Source: Mytilus trossulus
Taxonomy: Eukaryota
Assembly (NCBI RefSeq): GCF_036588685.1
Contig: NC_086376.1
Coordinates: 37,324,001-37,388,000, forward strand
Direction: 5' to 3'
DNA length: 64,000 nucleotides
Shown here: piece by piece, positions 13,601 to 25,806 of the stretch
Layout: each line of letters starts with the position of its first letter
How positions within the stretch are numbered: position 1 is the first letter of the stretch
Made by a program: the position numbers and the translations under genes
The notes under the pieces: generated by a model
What the model was told of the DNA's origin: nothing
The model's database searches: none
What the model saw: the letters and a program-made list of their open reading frames with translations, nothing else

Positions 13601-16600
13601 ATGCCATTTGATAAACTCAGCATTGATACCAGGATTAAAATTTTGTACAAAAAATGTGTGTTACGTCTACATACAACTCATGAATCAAAAAGGTATAACT
13701 AAAAATTCAAGTATCAAACAAATAAGTTTTCTAAATGTCATAAGAATTACAAAATAATGTTAACTCTTTCACATTCATATCATAGAGATATAAGAAGATG
13801 TGGTAGGCGTACCAATGAGACAACTCTCTATCAAAGTCACAAAGTGTAAAAATGAAACATGGGTTGTACAATAATAAATTAAACAAAATTACAAAATCTT
13901 AAACACTTTTTAAATTGTCCAAAATCACTGGCAATTACAGGAAAATACAATACTAGGGTCATTTTTCATTCTCATTTACAAAATGTAAAAAAAACGTTAT
14001 TATGAACAATTTGCCATCAGTATCAATACATGTATATATTAACAACAATCATCATATGTACACCTTTCCCTACCATAATGCTGTAAGAAATATTTGATAT
14101 TAAAATTACCTTCTAATAAATCTATACAACAATCAGACTATATCAGCTGCTACACCCTTAATAGTTTAGGAACATCTCTGCCGAGTGGCACACACCTAAA
14201 GAAAGATTACAGTCCCTTCTACTACAGCAATAAGTTAATTTGTTTTGCATAGCATGTTTTGAATTTCTAAGGAGGACTGAATTCACACAGTCTTTTTTAA
14301 ATGCAATAGCTTCTCATTATTAATACACATCAATGTTCTCCTCTTTTGAATACTATAAACTTGTTAAGTACTTTGTTCTTATATTATCTCCTTTGTGATA
14401 TATATTTAATATATGTACTACTTGTCTCTTTGCTTACAATAAATTAGTATAATGTAACCCAAATTATTTTTCGAGGAAAACTTCATTTTGCATTTAGACT
14501 ATTCCAGCTCAATTTGTGGCGATTTAATTTTGCAATTTTCAAATTTACTGTCAAAGAAGGGAAGATCCACGTTTTTTAAATTTCACAACGATTTATAATA
14601 GTGTTATTTATCTCTTGCGAAAGTTGCAATATAAATCACTCATTAAATTTAATTGGTTTACAGTATAAATTTCATAAGGCATTATACTAAGTTACCTTCC
14701 ATTCTCAATATTCAGTTTCAGCAAGATCAATAAAATCAGCATACTTTTTCAAAATCCTGTTCAGGCTTGCAGAAACAAATACTGGAATTTTCTGTACAAT
14801 ATATTCTCTTTGTTTCCCATGTACTCAAAACAAAAACAAAAAAGCCCATAACTGGATATATATTTGTTTTACTTGATAGATATCTCACAATTTACAACCA
14901 TCTATTTGAATGACAACTATCATGATTATTACAATTAGGAATACTATTAATCTAGTGTGTAAAAAGCATAACATCTATTTGAATTACAACTTTTATGATT
15001 GTTAAAATAAGGAATAACATTTATCTACAGTGTATATAATTATAGATTATAGCAGTATTTTTTCACATATTTGATTGTAGTAAAAAAAGAAGCATGTATA
15101 TTGACACTCAGGTTTAACCCTAGACATCTGTCACACTTGATATAAACCAACATTTTCTTTTTGAAATCTAGAAATAATGAAACCTCACCTTGTCAAATAT
15201 AATAGGTTTCTACTTAAACCAGAATTTGAACAAGAAAAAGGTAGAGTCAACAAAAACTAACTTCTCTATATTCTAATATGTATGGCACTTTAAGGTACAC
15301 AAGTTTGAAAAACATTATACAAATTACTTAACATAAATTATCTATAATTATAATATTATAATAATTATCAATTATAGGTATTATTAATTGTCAAAGCAAG
15401 AAAAAGCCATTACTGATAGCATTATAAAGCACTATTTTGTGTATTGCACTGTGAGCCACAAAAAAATCATTTTCATTTCATATGAGCATGACATAATTTC
15501 CAGCAATTTCAAGTTTTAATTAAAATCTTACTCAATTATGAATGCTAACCAAAAATTCATTTATTGTCAAAAACCCTGTTTTGATTTCTATATTCTTTGT
15601 TCTAATCTTCCCACCTCCTCATATTTTAAACATTAACTTATCCATAAAATGTATATGAGCTGAGACAGTGGGTTGAGACCAAGGGTCTGGAAATGGTTAT
15701 ATTTGTCAGTCTTGTCCTAAGCTGAAAGCATAAAGTCCTAAACATGTAATTGGGATTTAGGTCAAATTTTATTTTTCAACAGAAATAATTTCGGTATTTC
15801 ATTGAGATCCAGTTTCAAAATCGCCGTTTCGAACATATTTTTGCTTTGTTATTGATTTTATAGTTATTAATATACTGAAATGAAGTGAAAAATTTCCAGA
15901 TCATTGGTTGAGACAGATGATTGAGCATTAAATTATTTGAGTTTTTTTTTGTCTGTAAATTTTTTGGAAGGTAACCTCCTTCACTTTAATAATCATAGGG
16001 CTTCACTGTCATGCATTAATTCTAAATTGTAATCGTAAAACCAAGTTTCTGCTTGGGAAAAAATAATTACCATCAAATCATGTTTTTGATTTTTCATAAA
16101 CACTATTCATTGTCCTTGTTTTCCTTTGGTATTGGCAAGTTTTGCCTCAACAACAACTTATATATTTTCTAATCCTAAGAATGCTGCAATTTTATAACAG
16201 AAGAATATATTTATACAAATAAAGCATTTTCCGTCTGCAGGTGAAAATTTCAACAACAAAAAATACTGGTCACAAATTAAAACAGGGAAAATTATGTTTA
16301 ATAATGTACTTGTCTTATTAAGAAAATCTTTTTAATTATGTACTTGTCACATTAAAAAAAATCTTTTAATGTATAATTGTTTACATCAATATAAAAAAAA
16401 TCAAATATCTATAATATTTTTTCTGAAATGTATTGTATTTCTCCAAACATCATAGATACACTTTGATATCATGTAAATGGACCACTTTCCATCTCTTCAC
16501 CTGATAAGCCAATTATGTGCACCTTTTTGACATCATTTACTAGATAGAGGGGAGTGCCTATAGCTATATCCCTGTACTATCAAAATTCATCAAGCAACTT

Positions 16601-17486
16601 TGTGATGGTCATTATGCAGGATAAACAAGAAATATAGTATTTTTCTGTAGGTACTTAATCACAATTCCCTAATGACTATCAGGGCTGATTATCAATTATA
16701 AAAAAAGTATTTGCCCAAAAATTTGTGCAGTATACCACCTTATTTTTTCATCCACTTGCTCTACATAATCTGCATTGGTGAATCCTTCTCAATTATATAA
16801 TTTACTTCTGATTTTTTATAATATTTTTGCTTGTCTTATAACTAAGGAGTATCCAACTGAATTGACTTTAGATTTCAAGGTGTAAAATGAAATGGAATGT
16901 TTAAATGATCATGAAATAAAAAAAAGAGCTAAAAATCTATTACACTTCAAAAGGTGAAAATTAAACTACTTGAGTACTCTGGTGAATGGCCACACATCTG
17001 AAAAACACTCTAATGACTACAAGAGGTAAATAAAAAAAAAGTTTTAATGAACACAGCAGCTGTAAAATAAAAAAACCAACACAGTATTTAGTACGAAAGT
17101 AGCAAATTATTATGTAAAAAAAAATAAAAATACACCAATAACAGCCATTAAATAACTACAAATATATAAGAATGATACTAAATTACCTCTTATTTCATTA
17201 ACTGGTAATTTCTCGTACTAACAGTTTTAACTATATCAGTAACAGTTAAGATGTCACCTAATTTTCACATACTAAACATTACAAAGCCATATTCTTTTTT
17301 TATCTTATAGTCAAGTTTATTATGCATAACAGTAGATATTATGTTAACCGGGTATTTGGTATTATGCATACTTATAGTTCATTATAAATAAAATGTGTGT
17401 CTAGTTTTCAGGAATTTTGTCTATTTCTATTGTCATTTTAATTTCAACGTAACTAGACATTTTACATTCTTAGTTTTACACCATAA

Positions 17487-17652
17487 CTATTTCATTTTGA
17501 TGAGGTTGTGCATCATATCAAAGCTGTTCCCATCATCATGTACTATGATCGTCTTTTTATTTTCATCAATCGTCTTGAGATATCCAAATTCGTCTAAACC
17601 AACAATTGTCACCTCTTTCCCTTTTTCCATCTGTAGTCTCACTTTAACATTG
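17487..17652 (-). CDS. HLCS: HLCS last coding exon (SNVKV...IVGLDEFGYL...HDDGNSFDMMHNLIKMK*)
   Basis: BPL C-terminal domain with the DGNSFDM motif. Acceptor TTTTAG|C. TAG stop. Confidence 0.95.
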
Positions 17653-17829
17653 CTAAAAAAATAAAAAGCTAAATTTATATTCAATCACCACTAATCTAAC
17701 AATTCATAAGCAACCCTTTAAGTGGGTGAAAATGAGAAAGGAGATGAAGCAAGACACACGAAACTACAAGCACAATTACTTTAAAGATAAGCTGAATATG
17801 GGATTGACCTTTTTTTTCACAGCCTTACC

Positions 17830-19325
17830 ATCAAAAATTTATTTTTACCTTTTTGGCCAAATTCTACCATGGTAAATAAAGAGAGAGAAATTAAAATCCA
17901 TATCCATATCCAGGATTGTGATCTTAAAAGCTCTAACAATCCTCCTCGTATCTGATGTAGAAAAACAAACACAAATGAAAAAAGTTTATGTATATTCACA
18001 ACAAATAACATATACTGCAGTAAACGGGTATTGAGAATAGTGTAGGTTTCCCTACTGCAACAGAAACCAAGGGGCGGTACTCAAGGAGCTGTGGTACTTA
18101 CACAGTCCTCCTCGTGTCTGAAGCAGACAAGAAGGCCACATAATTAACAATTTTTCGAAATAAATTTACATGCAGCAGTGAGAATAGACTTATCTTCTGT
18201 GTTCATAAGCCATATCAGTTTATCTCTTGCGTTAAGAGTTAAAAAGTTGGGGCAACTTTTAGTTATCTCTTGAAATAGATGATTGCGGTCATCATTAAAT
18301 TTAACACATTGGAATAAAAAATGATATTCATCCTCCACATCGCAGGAGCTACAACGAGTACAAGTTCTGTCATTTAGGAGAGTACCCTGATACCTTCCAG
18401 ACTCAATTCTTAAGTGGTGTGATGAAATTCTGAGCTTTGTTAAGCTTCGTCTCTGTTCAAAATTCCCAATAATGGAAAGATATTTTTCTCTTCCAAAAAC
18501 TGATTTAAATGTAACATAAGTTCTAAGTTTACCACCTGAATGCTTTACCAATTCAGTGTTCCACAAGTCTATAAAATATGATTTTAATATTTTTTTCATA
18601 TTAGCTTTGAAGCTATTAATTTTTGGTAATGGTGAAGATAGATGATTGATGTCTGGGATCATTTCAAGAATTGACTTCATAGAGCCATACCAAGATGTTT
18701 TTTTTGAGTGAGAAAGATTCTGATATGTTACATAAGCATCTTTAAGAAGAGAAAATTGGGAATCAAAATTTTCCAAGCGATACCAGTAATTTAACATGGA
18801 TTTAATCACATCATAATATAGTGGGAATCGTCCTAGCTCGGATAAAATTCCAAAATTCATGGATTTTTTATGAACACCTAAAACCAGTTTACAAAATTTT
18901 ATATGTAGTCGCTCACATTTTAAACTGGAATAGATTTTTTCAAATGGTAAAGTTCCATTTCTGAATCTTGCTGAGAATGGATTAAAAATTCCCCATATTT
19001 CAGACCCATATAGGAGTATTGGTTTTATGGTATGATCAAATACATGTAAGCTGGTACTTATGCTTGGATTAAGTGATAATAAATTCTTGTACAATTTATA
19101 ATAAGCCTTCCAGGACTTTTTATACAGTTCATTTTGAGCATATGAAAATAAACCCTGATGCACTAAAGTGCAAACCAAGATATTTATAATTATTTACACT
19201 CTCAATCAACATATTTTCATAAGTAAATTTTTCACAAATGTGTCTGCCTGCTTTGTTGAATATCAGAACCTTTGTTTTGGTGTGATTTACACTTAAACAC
19301 CAATCTTTACAATATTTTTCTAGGT
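17830..19325 (-). mobile_element. 5'-truncated non-LTR retrotransposon (RTE-X/Proto2-like), ORF2 C-terminus with Cys/His finger
   Basis: ORF 18144-19178 has KPILLYGSEIWG, LRISSHHLRIESGRY and CxxC...EDEYHFLFQC. The RT tail LEKYCKDWCLSVNHTKTKVLIF lies upstream. AATAAA at 17843-17838. Clade assignment is tentative. Confidence 0.85.
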
Positions 19326-19468
19326 TGTAAATATAAATCTAGTTTGAAGCACCTCCTAATTGATAATCTAGTACTATGAACAAGTTCAACTGCTCAAAAC
19401 AAAAATGGAAACCACTGTTATTATTTTGAAAAGTTTCTCGATCAAATCTTTCCTGAAACACATGTTAA

Positions 19469-20269
19469 GGTCAAGTTACAGTAAATGGGCTATGTCTTAG
19501 ATTTCAGTAAAATTTGGCATACAACTCTGGCTCGATGAACTTTAACTGAAAATCAAAATAATAATGTATTTATCTCAATCATCATTTGAAATATTACTGA
19601 TTGAATTCTTACAAAATGGGTGAACATTTGTATAGAAAGCACATAAATCGGCGAAAACCCTTCTAAAATTTGTCTTAAAATCGCCAAATCTCTATTTCTA
19701 CTCCATAAATTTTTCTTAAAAAACTATATGTTGTTGATACATAAATTTCTGTTATAATGATGCAAAATAAAGATAGGGTCACAGACTTCGTTTTTACGGT
19801 ATTCATCATTCAAAGTTGCGATCTTTGTGAAAAAATCCAACAAAACCTTGAAATAATCGTAACGTTATCGCGTTGCAGGCCGTAAAGCGTTGATTTTTGC
19901 ATTTTTCAATACTAAAAAGGTAACAAATTGATTATTAGACAAAAAACAAAGTCGGTGACCCTATGATTATTTTATATCATTAAAACAGAAATTTATGTGT
20001 CAACAATATATAGTTTTTTAAGAAAAATATATGGAGTAGAATTAGAGATTTGGCGATTTTTAGACAAATTTTAGAAGGGTTTTCGCCAATTTTATGTGCT
20101 TTCTATACAAATATTCACCCATATTAAAAGAAATCAATCTGCAACTTTTCTTCAAATAAAAGAGATAAATGTATTATTTTTTCGAATTTCAGTTGTAGTT
20201 CAACGAGCCAAGGTTGTATGCATTTTTTAAGCAAAATCTGCGATATAGCTCATTTACTGTTCCTTGACC
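19469..20269. mobile_element. Foldback-type non-autonomous element, Kolobok-like
   Basis: TTAA flanks, GGTCAAG...CTTGACC termini, inverted arms of about 330 bp (19469-19800 vs 19940-20269). Confidence 0.8.
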
Positions 20270-20271
20270 TT

Positions 20272-21193
20272 AATCAAGAGGCTGTCACAAAGACAGCAAA
20301 CGGGATTTATTAACATTTATTTGTGTCCTGGCAATATCACAAGAACCATTACTGATGAATGGTAAAAGTGAAAATCGTCAATATCAAATTTGACCTCCAT
20401 TTTGTAGTCAGTATCAACATATTAAAATTTGAAAAGCTTAGATTGAATGGTTCATGAGTAAACGCAACAACATGAATGGAAACGCCATTTTTCAATCTTT
20501 CAAGAACCATAACTCCTGAATGGTAAAAGTCAAAATCGTCATTATTGAACTTGATCTTCATTTTGCATCAGTAACAATATATTAAAATTTAGGAAGCTTT
20601 GGTAGAACAGTTTATGCGAAAAAGCACGGACACAACTGGAAACTCAATTTTTCAATCTTTCAAGAACCATAACTCCTGAATGGTAAAAGTCAAAATCGTC
20701 ATTATTGAACTTGACCTTCATTTAGTTGTCAGTAACAACATATTTAAGTTTTAAAAGCTTTGGTTGTACGGTTCATGAGTTAATGCACAGACACAACTGG
20801 AAACTCAATTTTTCAATCTTTCAAGAACCATAACACCTGAACGATAAAAGTCAAAATCGTCATTATTGAACTTGACCTTCATTTAGTTGTCAGTAACAAC
20901 ATATTAAAATTTTAAAAGCTTTGGTTGAACGGTTCATGAGTTAATGCACAGACACAACTGGAAACTCCATTTTTCAATCTTTCAAGAACCATAACTCCTG
21001 AACGGTAATAGTCAAATTCGCCACTATTGAACTTGACCTTCATTTAATTGTCAGTAACAACATATTAAAATTTTAAAATCTTTAATTGAACGGTTCATGA
21101 GTTAATGCACAGACATTTGATTGCCGCCCGCCCTGCCCTTGTACATCCCCAAATCAATAACCGACATTTTTGTCACAAAAATCCGGTTAAAAA
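20272..21193. mobile_element. Helentron-associated (HINE-like) element with about 4-5 tandem 160-161-bp repeats
   Basis: Starts CAAGAG, ends ATCCGGTTAAAAA. The unit marker TTCAATCTTTCAAGAACCATAAC occurs at 20491, 20651, 20812 and 20973. Confidence 0.7.
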
Positions 21194-21246
21194 CACTCTT
21201 AAAAAATAATTACCATGATCTTAAAATTCTAGGTAAAGATTTAAAC

Positions 21247-22220
21247 CCTCAGCAACACACCTTAACGGATAGCTCAAATGGATGCCAAACAGATCACTTT
21301 TTTTCAATCTGTTCATGTCTGCTAGACATCCGTTCTTATTTGTAAAACATCCATCCATATCTGCTTCATGTCGGTTTAACATCCATTTTATCTGTCAACG
21401 TCCGTTCTGTCCGGTGGAAAACTTTGAACAGTCATCCAACAGATGAATTGTCCATTGAACGTCCAGTAGAAGTCCATTTTGTGCGGTATTCATCTGTTTT
21501 GTTTTCGTTTTGTATCCGTTACTTTTCCCTTATACATCCATTACAGGTCTAGTAGACAAATTTACCAACGGACTTCTACTGGATTTATTACAGATAAAAT
21601 GTATGACGAGCGGGTGGGAAAAGGCCATGAACAGAAGGATAATCAATACCTACTGAAAGTAAAACAGATAAATGCTAATTGAAAATTTCATGTCACTGAG
21701 AAATGACAATTGATTGATATGTCAGATTTCTTGAATGTCCTGAATGTCAAATACTCATGATGGATCTTGGAGTAAGACTTCACTATCAATCAGCTCTTAT
21801 TCAGATCTTACTAAACTTCAATGTTGCAAATATAAAACTACTTGTTCCTCTAAAGGAGAAGAAGGAAAGAACAAAGCAGATGGTGGGCAAGATTATTGCT
21901 TAGTTGTGAAATATATGCATTATTATTATCACTCTTAATTTTCTGGTTAATTTTACATTGTTCGCTTGTTATATCCTGTATGCTTCCATTAGATGTCTGT
22001 TTTATGGTTTGTTGGATGTACGTTCAACGTCTGTTCTGTCCCGTACGCTTCCATTTCTCGTATGTTGCATATCCTGTGAGTGTCTGTTAGACATTTGTTA
22101 CCTGACCCTTTTATTTGGTCAGTATAGGACATCCAGCGGATACAAATTTTGTCAACGGAACAAAAAAAAAATCATCCGTTCAGCGTCTGTTCGAGCTATA
22201 TGGTAAGGTGTAACCACAGC
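21247..22220. mobile_element. Old non-autonomous TIR element
   Basis: Degenerate inverted ends ACACCTTAACGGATAGCTC / GAGCTATATGGTAAGGTGT, with many internal CCGTT/AACGG motifs. Confidence 0.45.
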
Positions 22221-23297
22221 TTTTGATGAACAATAAAAAAAAATCTGATGCTTTTTCAAAAGACATTTGTGGTTTTTACAACAAGTAAAACTTGGTTCTT
22301 TGTGTTAATTCCAGCCTCCACACAAAAAAATGAATTATCAGACATTGATTTAGATGAAGAGCAACCAAATTAGTCATATGTAAATAAAAGAAAATTCAAT
22401 GAAACTGCATTATGTAAAGCACTGCACAATTTTTATTTAGTTATTTTAGAACAATTTTATTTTTACAAAATCAATTACTTAAAAATATTACTGTCTCTTC
22501 AAAATTCTGCAATGCTTAGTTCAAATAGGTAAATACATTTTAGCTATGTGTTTGAAATGTTATTGTGTGTTTTGAAATCATTTTAAATTTTTAGAACAAA
22601 ATAAAATTCATTGGAATAATCTTTTTAATTTTAACTTAAAAAGTACATAACAGCGATTCTCAACATTCCAGAAAAAAATCTGCAATACGAGGGACATACC
22701 CAGTAGATAGTTCCCTTTGAAATATCATCCCCTTAACATATACATGAAATGAAGAATGAAATAATCTAACAAATGGCTTTAAAACTATCAATAAAAGATA
22801 AGTGCATCAATACCCATTATAGATTCTACAGTTAAAGACCTTAGAATGACCTTTCGATGATGGTGGGTGCAAGATACATATAGCTGGGGTAAATTTTCAA
22901 CACCATTTATGTTAACACGGATGAAATGACAAAAATTACTAGACTAATAAGTGCATTGTTTCATGTGCGTAACTAAAATAAAATTACTGATCTTTGACAT
23001 TTGAACCTATATATTGAAACCCCAAAAAATAGATAAAATGGTTGGCGTTCTCATCGCCATTACCCACTGCATATATGGATATGTGGGTAGTATAATTCCA
23101 TAATCTCTACTTTTCCTATTGAATTTCTCTAGCCAAATGTCAAAATTAGTTAATGGAGCTCATGATCAGAAGTGTAAATTTTAAGATATCAGTTTACTTC
23201 AATTCTGAGTGAGATTAGAAGTAAAGTGTGGCAACATGAGAACCTGAGAACCAATCAACCCATTTATTTTTATATTATAATATTAAAACAATCAATT

Positions 23298-23442
23298 GGG
23301 GCCCTTTATAGCTTGTTGTTCGGTGTGAGCCAAGGCTCCGTGTTGAAGGCCGTACTTTAACCTATAATGGTTTAATTTTTAAATTGTTATTTGGATGGAG
23401 AGTTGTCTCATTGGCACTCACACCACATCTTCCTATATCTAT
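23298..23442 (+). repeat. Short retroelement 3'-end repeat, subfamily 2 (other copies about 7081-7222 and 23897-24036)
   Basis: GGGGCCCTTTATAG...TTGAAGGCCGTAC...GTTGTCTCATTGGCA..CACCACATCTT recurs across the window. Confidence 0.75.
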
Positions 23443-24057
23443 GAAAAAATGTAGCTTAAGTGCAATAAAGACAATTTTGACCTATGCAGTTCAGAAGTTA
23501 TAGTTCTCGATTGATCTAAAAGTTATGCTTCATATTGTTTCCCTGTTGTAAATTGAGGACTGTTCAACCAATCTTTTTTCAAAATTGATTATGTTGTTTT
23601 ACATGGCATAATAGTAATAGAGGACCGTCAATTTTATTTGTTATTTTCATTTTTGCAATTCAGGATGTTTCATGTTGTTTCACAATGACTTGATAACTGT
23701 TGAACCAATGCATTCCAGCATTTAACACAATAATAGAAGAAGTGGTATTACCTAAAAGGCTCTCTTGTATCAAATCATCAGAAAACAGATTTTTTCTAGT
23801 TTACTCCATGGCCCTAGAGAAGCTGTATTGATATTTCCCTGAATCAATTAAACATAAGAACAGATTTAGTAAACATATTTCCTTCAGACTGAACAGACCT
23901 TTATAGCTTGCTGTTTGGTGTCAGACAAGGCTCTGTGTTGAAGACTGTACTTTGACCTAAAATGGTAAACTTTTACAAATTATTGCTTGGATGGAGAGTT
24001 GTCTCATTGGCACCCATACCACATTTCTTATATCTATATAATGAATGTTTTCCTCAC

Positions 24058-24271
24058 CTATGCAACCATCTTTTGTAATAAGATTTACAGAAACTGTTAT
24101 AACCTTCCCGTTGGAATTGGTCAATGAGTTCCTCCATGACTGTAACTGTCCTTGCTATAGACTGTTCTACTGATAGTTCTGGTAATTTTGTTTTCTTGTC
24201 ATTGTTGTAACTATTTATCACATCATTCACACAGATTGTGGGATTTTTGTTGCTAACATTATATCCACAAC
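24058..24271 (-). CDS. HLCS: HLCS coding exon 10 (GCGYNVSNKNPTICVND...YYKRWLH)
   Basis: GxGxNV motif. Acceptor TTTTAG|GT, donor AG|GTGAGG. 214 nt, phase 1/2. Confidence 0.95.
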
Positions 24272-25691
24272 CTAAAAAAAAATTTAAAAAAGATAATGAT
24301 ATAAATTTAATTATAGGGTCTATAATTTTTTTGATGGCGTTATACCTACTTTCAAACTAAACTCATTGGTTTGTAGCATGATAGAAGAAAATTCCATTTT
24401 CTTACAATCAATCTATAAAAATTGATATTCACAAAGTCAAAGACAAATTTAATTGAATCCACAGTAATAAATTCTGCCTTTCATGATGGGGTATCAAGTC
24501 CTGCTATAAAATATATTGTTGTGACCTAAAATCAGTATATACTGCCTGTGGCGTTTAGGGATGGAGGCAAAGAACGGTCAGGACAGTGTCTGGATTAGAT
24601 TTCTCTAACCACTCAGTTCTCTTCCTTATTTTAACATGTTTAATCAGCCCTCAAACCTCTATTTTAACATTTTAATGGGTGCGGGTTGGATTATTTTAGC
24701 ATAGACATACATCCATAATTTGAACAAGTTCATTGTCACCAAAAACAAAATAAAAACATTTATATAGTGTTTCTATATTAATACAAGATAAGATGAACTT
24801 AATGTATCCTTTCATCAAATAATTATTTTTTCAGTGAAAAAGAAATAATCTGCAAATGACAGAGATATTTACTTTTTTAAGTGAAAAACAACAAAAAACT
24901 AATGATGTGACAGGAACACACAGTCTTAACAATGTCTTAGGTCAAAAGGGTTTCACTATGCAGATATTCCCCTACTTATACGACCTTGTCAAGATTTAAC
25001 CAATGATTCAATTTTTATAGAAAAACTCGTAAATGTGTAGAGTTTTGATGGTTATTATAAAATATTTTTATGACATGTCATTACTGAGAAATCATCATTT
25101 ATATACCAGTATTGAAATGAAATCTTGTTTTGTCCTATAAAGCCATAACTTATTATTCATGTAGAAATTCATATATGTCTTTAAATAGTAATGATTTTAG
25201 AGGCATAAATTATACAAATATTTTATATCTATTGCAAGAATTTGTAGACATTCTGTATTTAATGGTAAAAATTTCATTCAGATCTGTCCAAAAAATAACT
25301 TAAAGAGAGTTTCAATTAAAATATTTGTTTTCTATATAGGAAATATATAGGAAATTTTTCAATAAATCATGAAATGGTGGAACACTTTTGACCTCTCAGT
25401 GTAGCTGGAGTTTAATTGTCCTTTGATTTTCCTTGTCCTCAAATGTAGTGTAGTGTGGACATTATATTACTTGGAAATTTTTTCAGTGTCCTTTTAAATT
25501 TATTTTTCCATGTTTGACGTCTAAAATAGCAGGTAAGGGGTTGAAATAACACTGTTAAAATTTGAGTCATACATTTATATATAAGACTAGTAATGTAAAG
25601 AATTGGGAAGTTAAAAAAAAAGGTTACACATAAGTATGACTGAAACCATCAAATAGAATTGCATTAAATATTTTTTTTCCGATGATCTTAC

Positions 25692-25806
25692 CAATAAGGG
25701 CATGTAAATGTCCATTCATAGTTGTAGATCTAACAATAACTCCTCCTAATTTCATTTTATCGCTGTAGTAAATATCGTTAGGCCATTTCAATCTCAAATC
25801 TATGTC
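25692..25806 (-). CDS. HLCS: HLCS coding exon 9 ([25 protein letters not shown]...ALI)
   Basis: KWPND and KxGGV catalytic motifs. Acceptor TTACAG|GAC, donor G|GTAAGA. 115 nt. Confidence 0.96.

Noticed and set aside
152-17400. Numerous 60-110-aa ORFs and a possible long HLCS 3' UTR
   Set aside because: The ORFs are low-complexity, AT-driven or inside repeats with no recognisable domains. The UTR end cannot be fixed from sequence alone.
20490-21120. Regular repeats considered as CRISPR-like (also 41380-41765)
   Set aside because: Contiguous tandem units without unique spacers, in a eukaryotic context with no cas genes.
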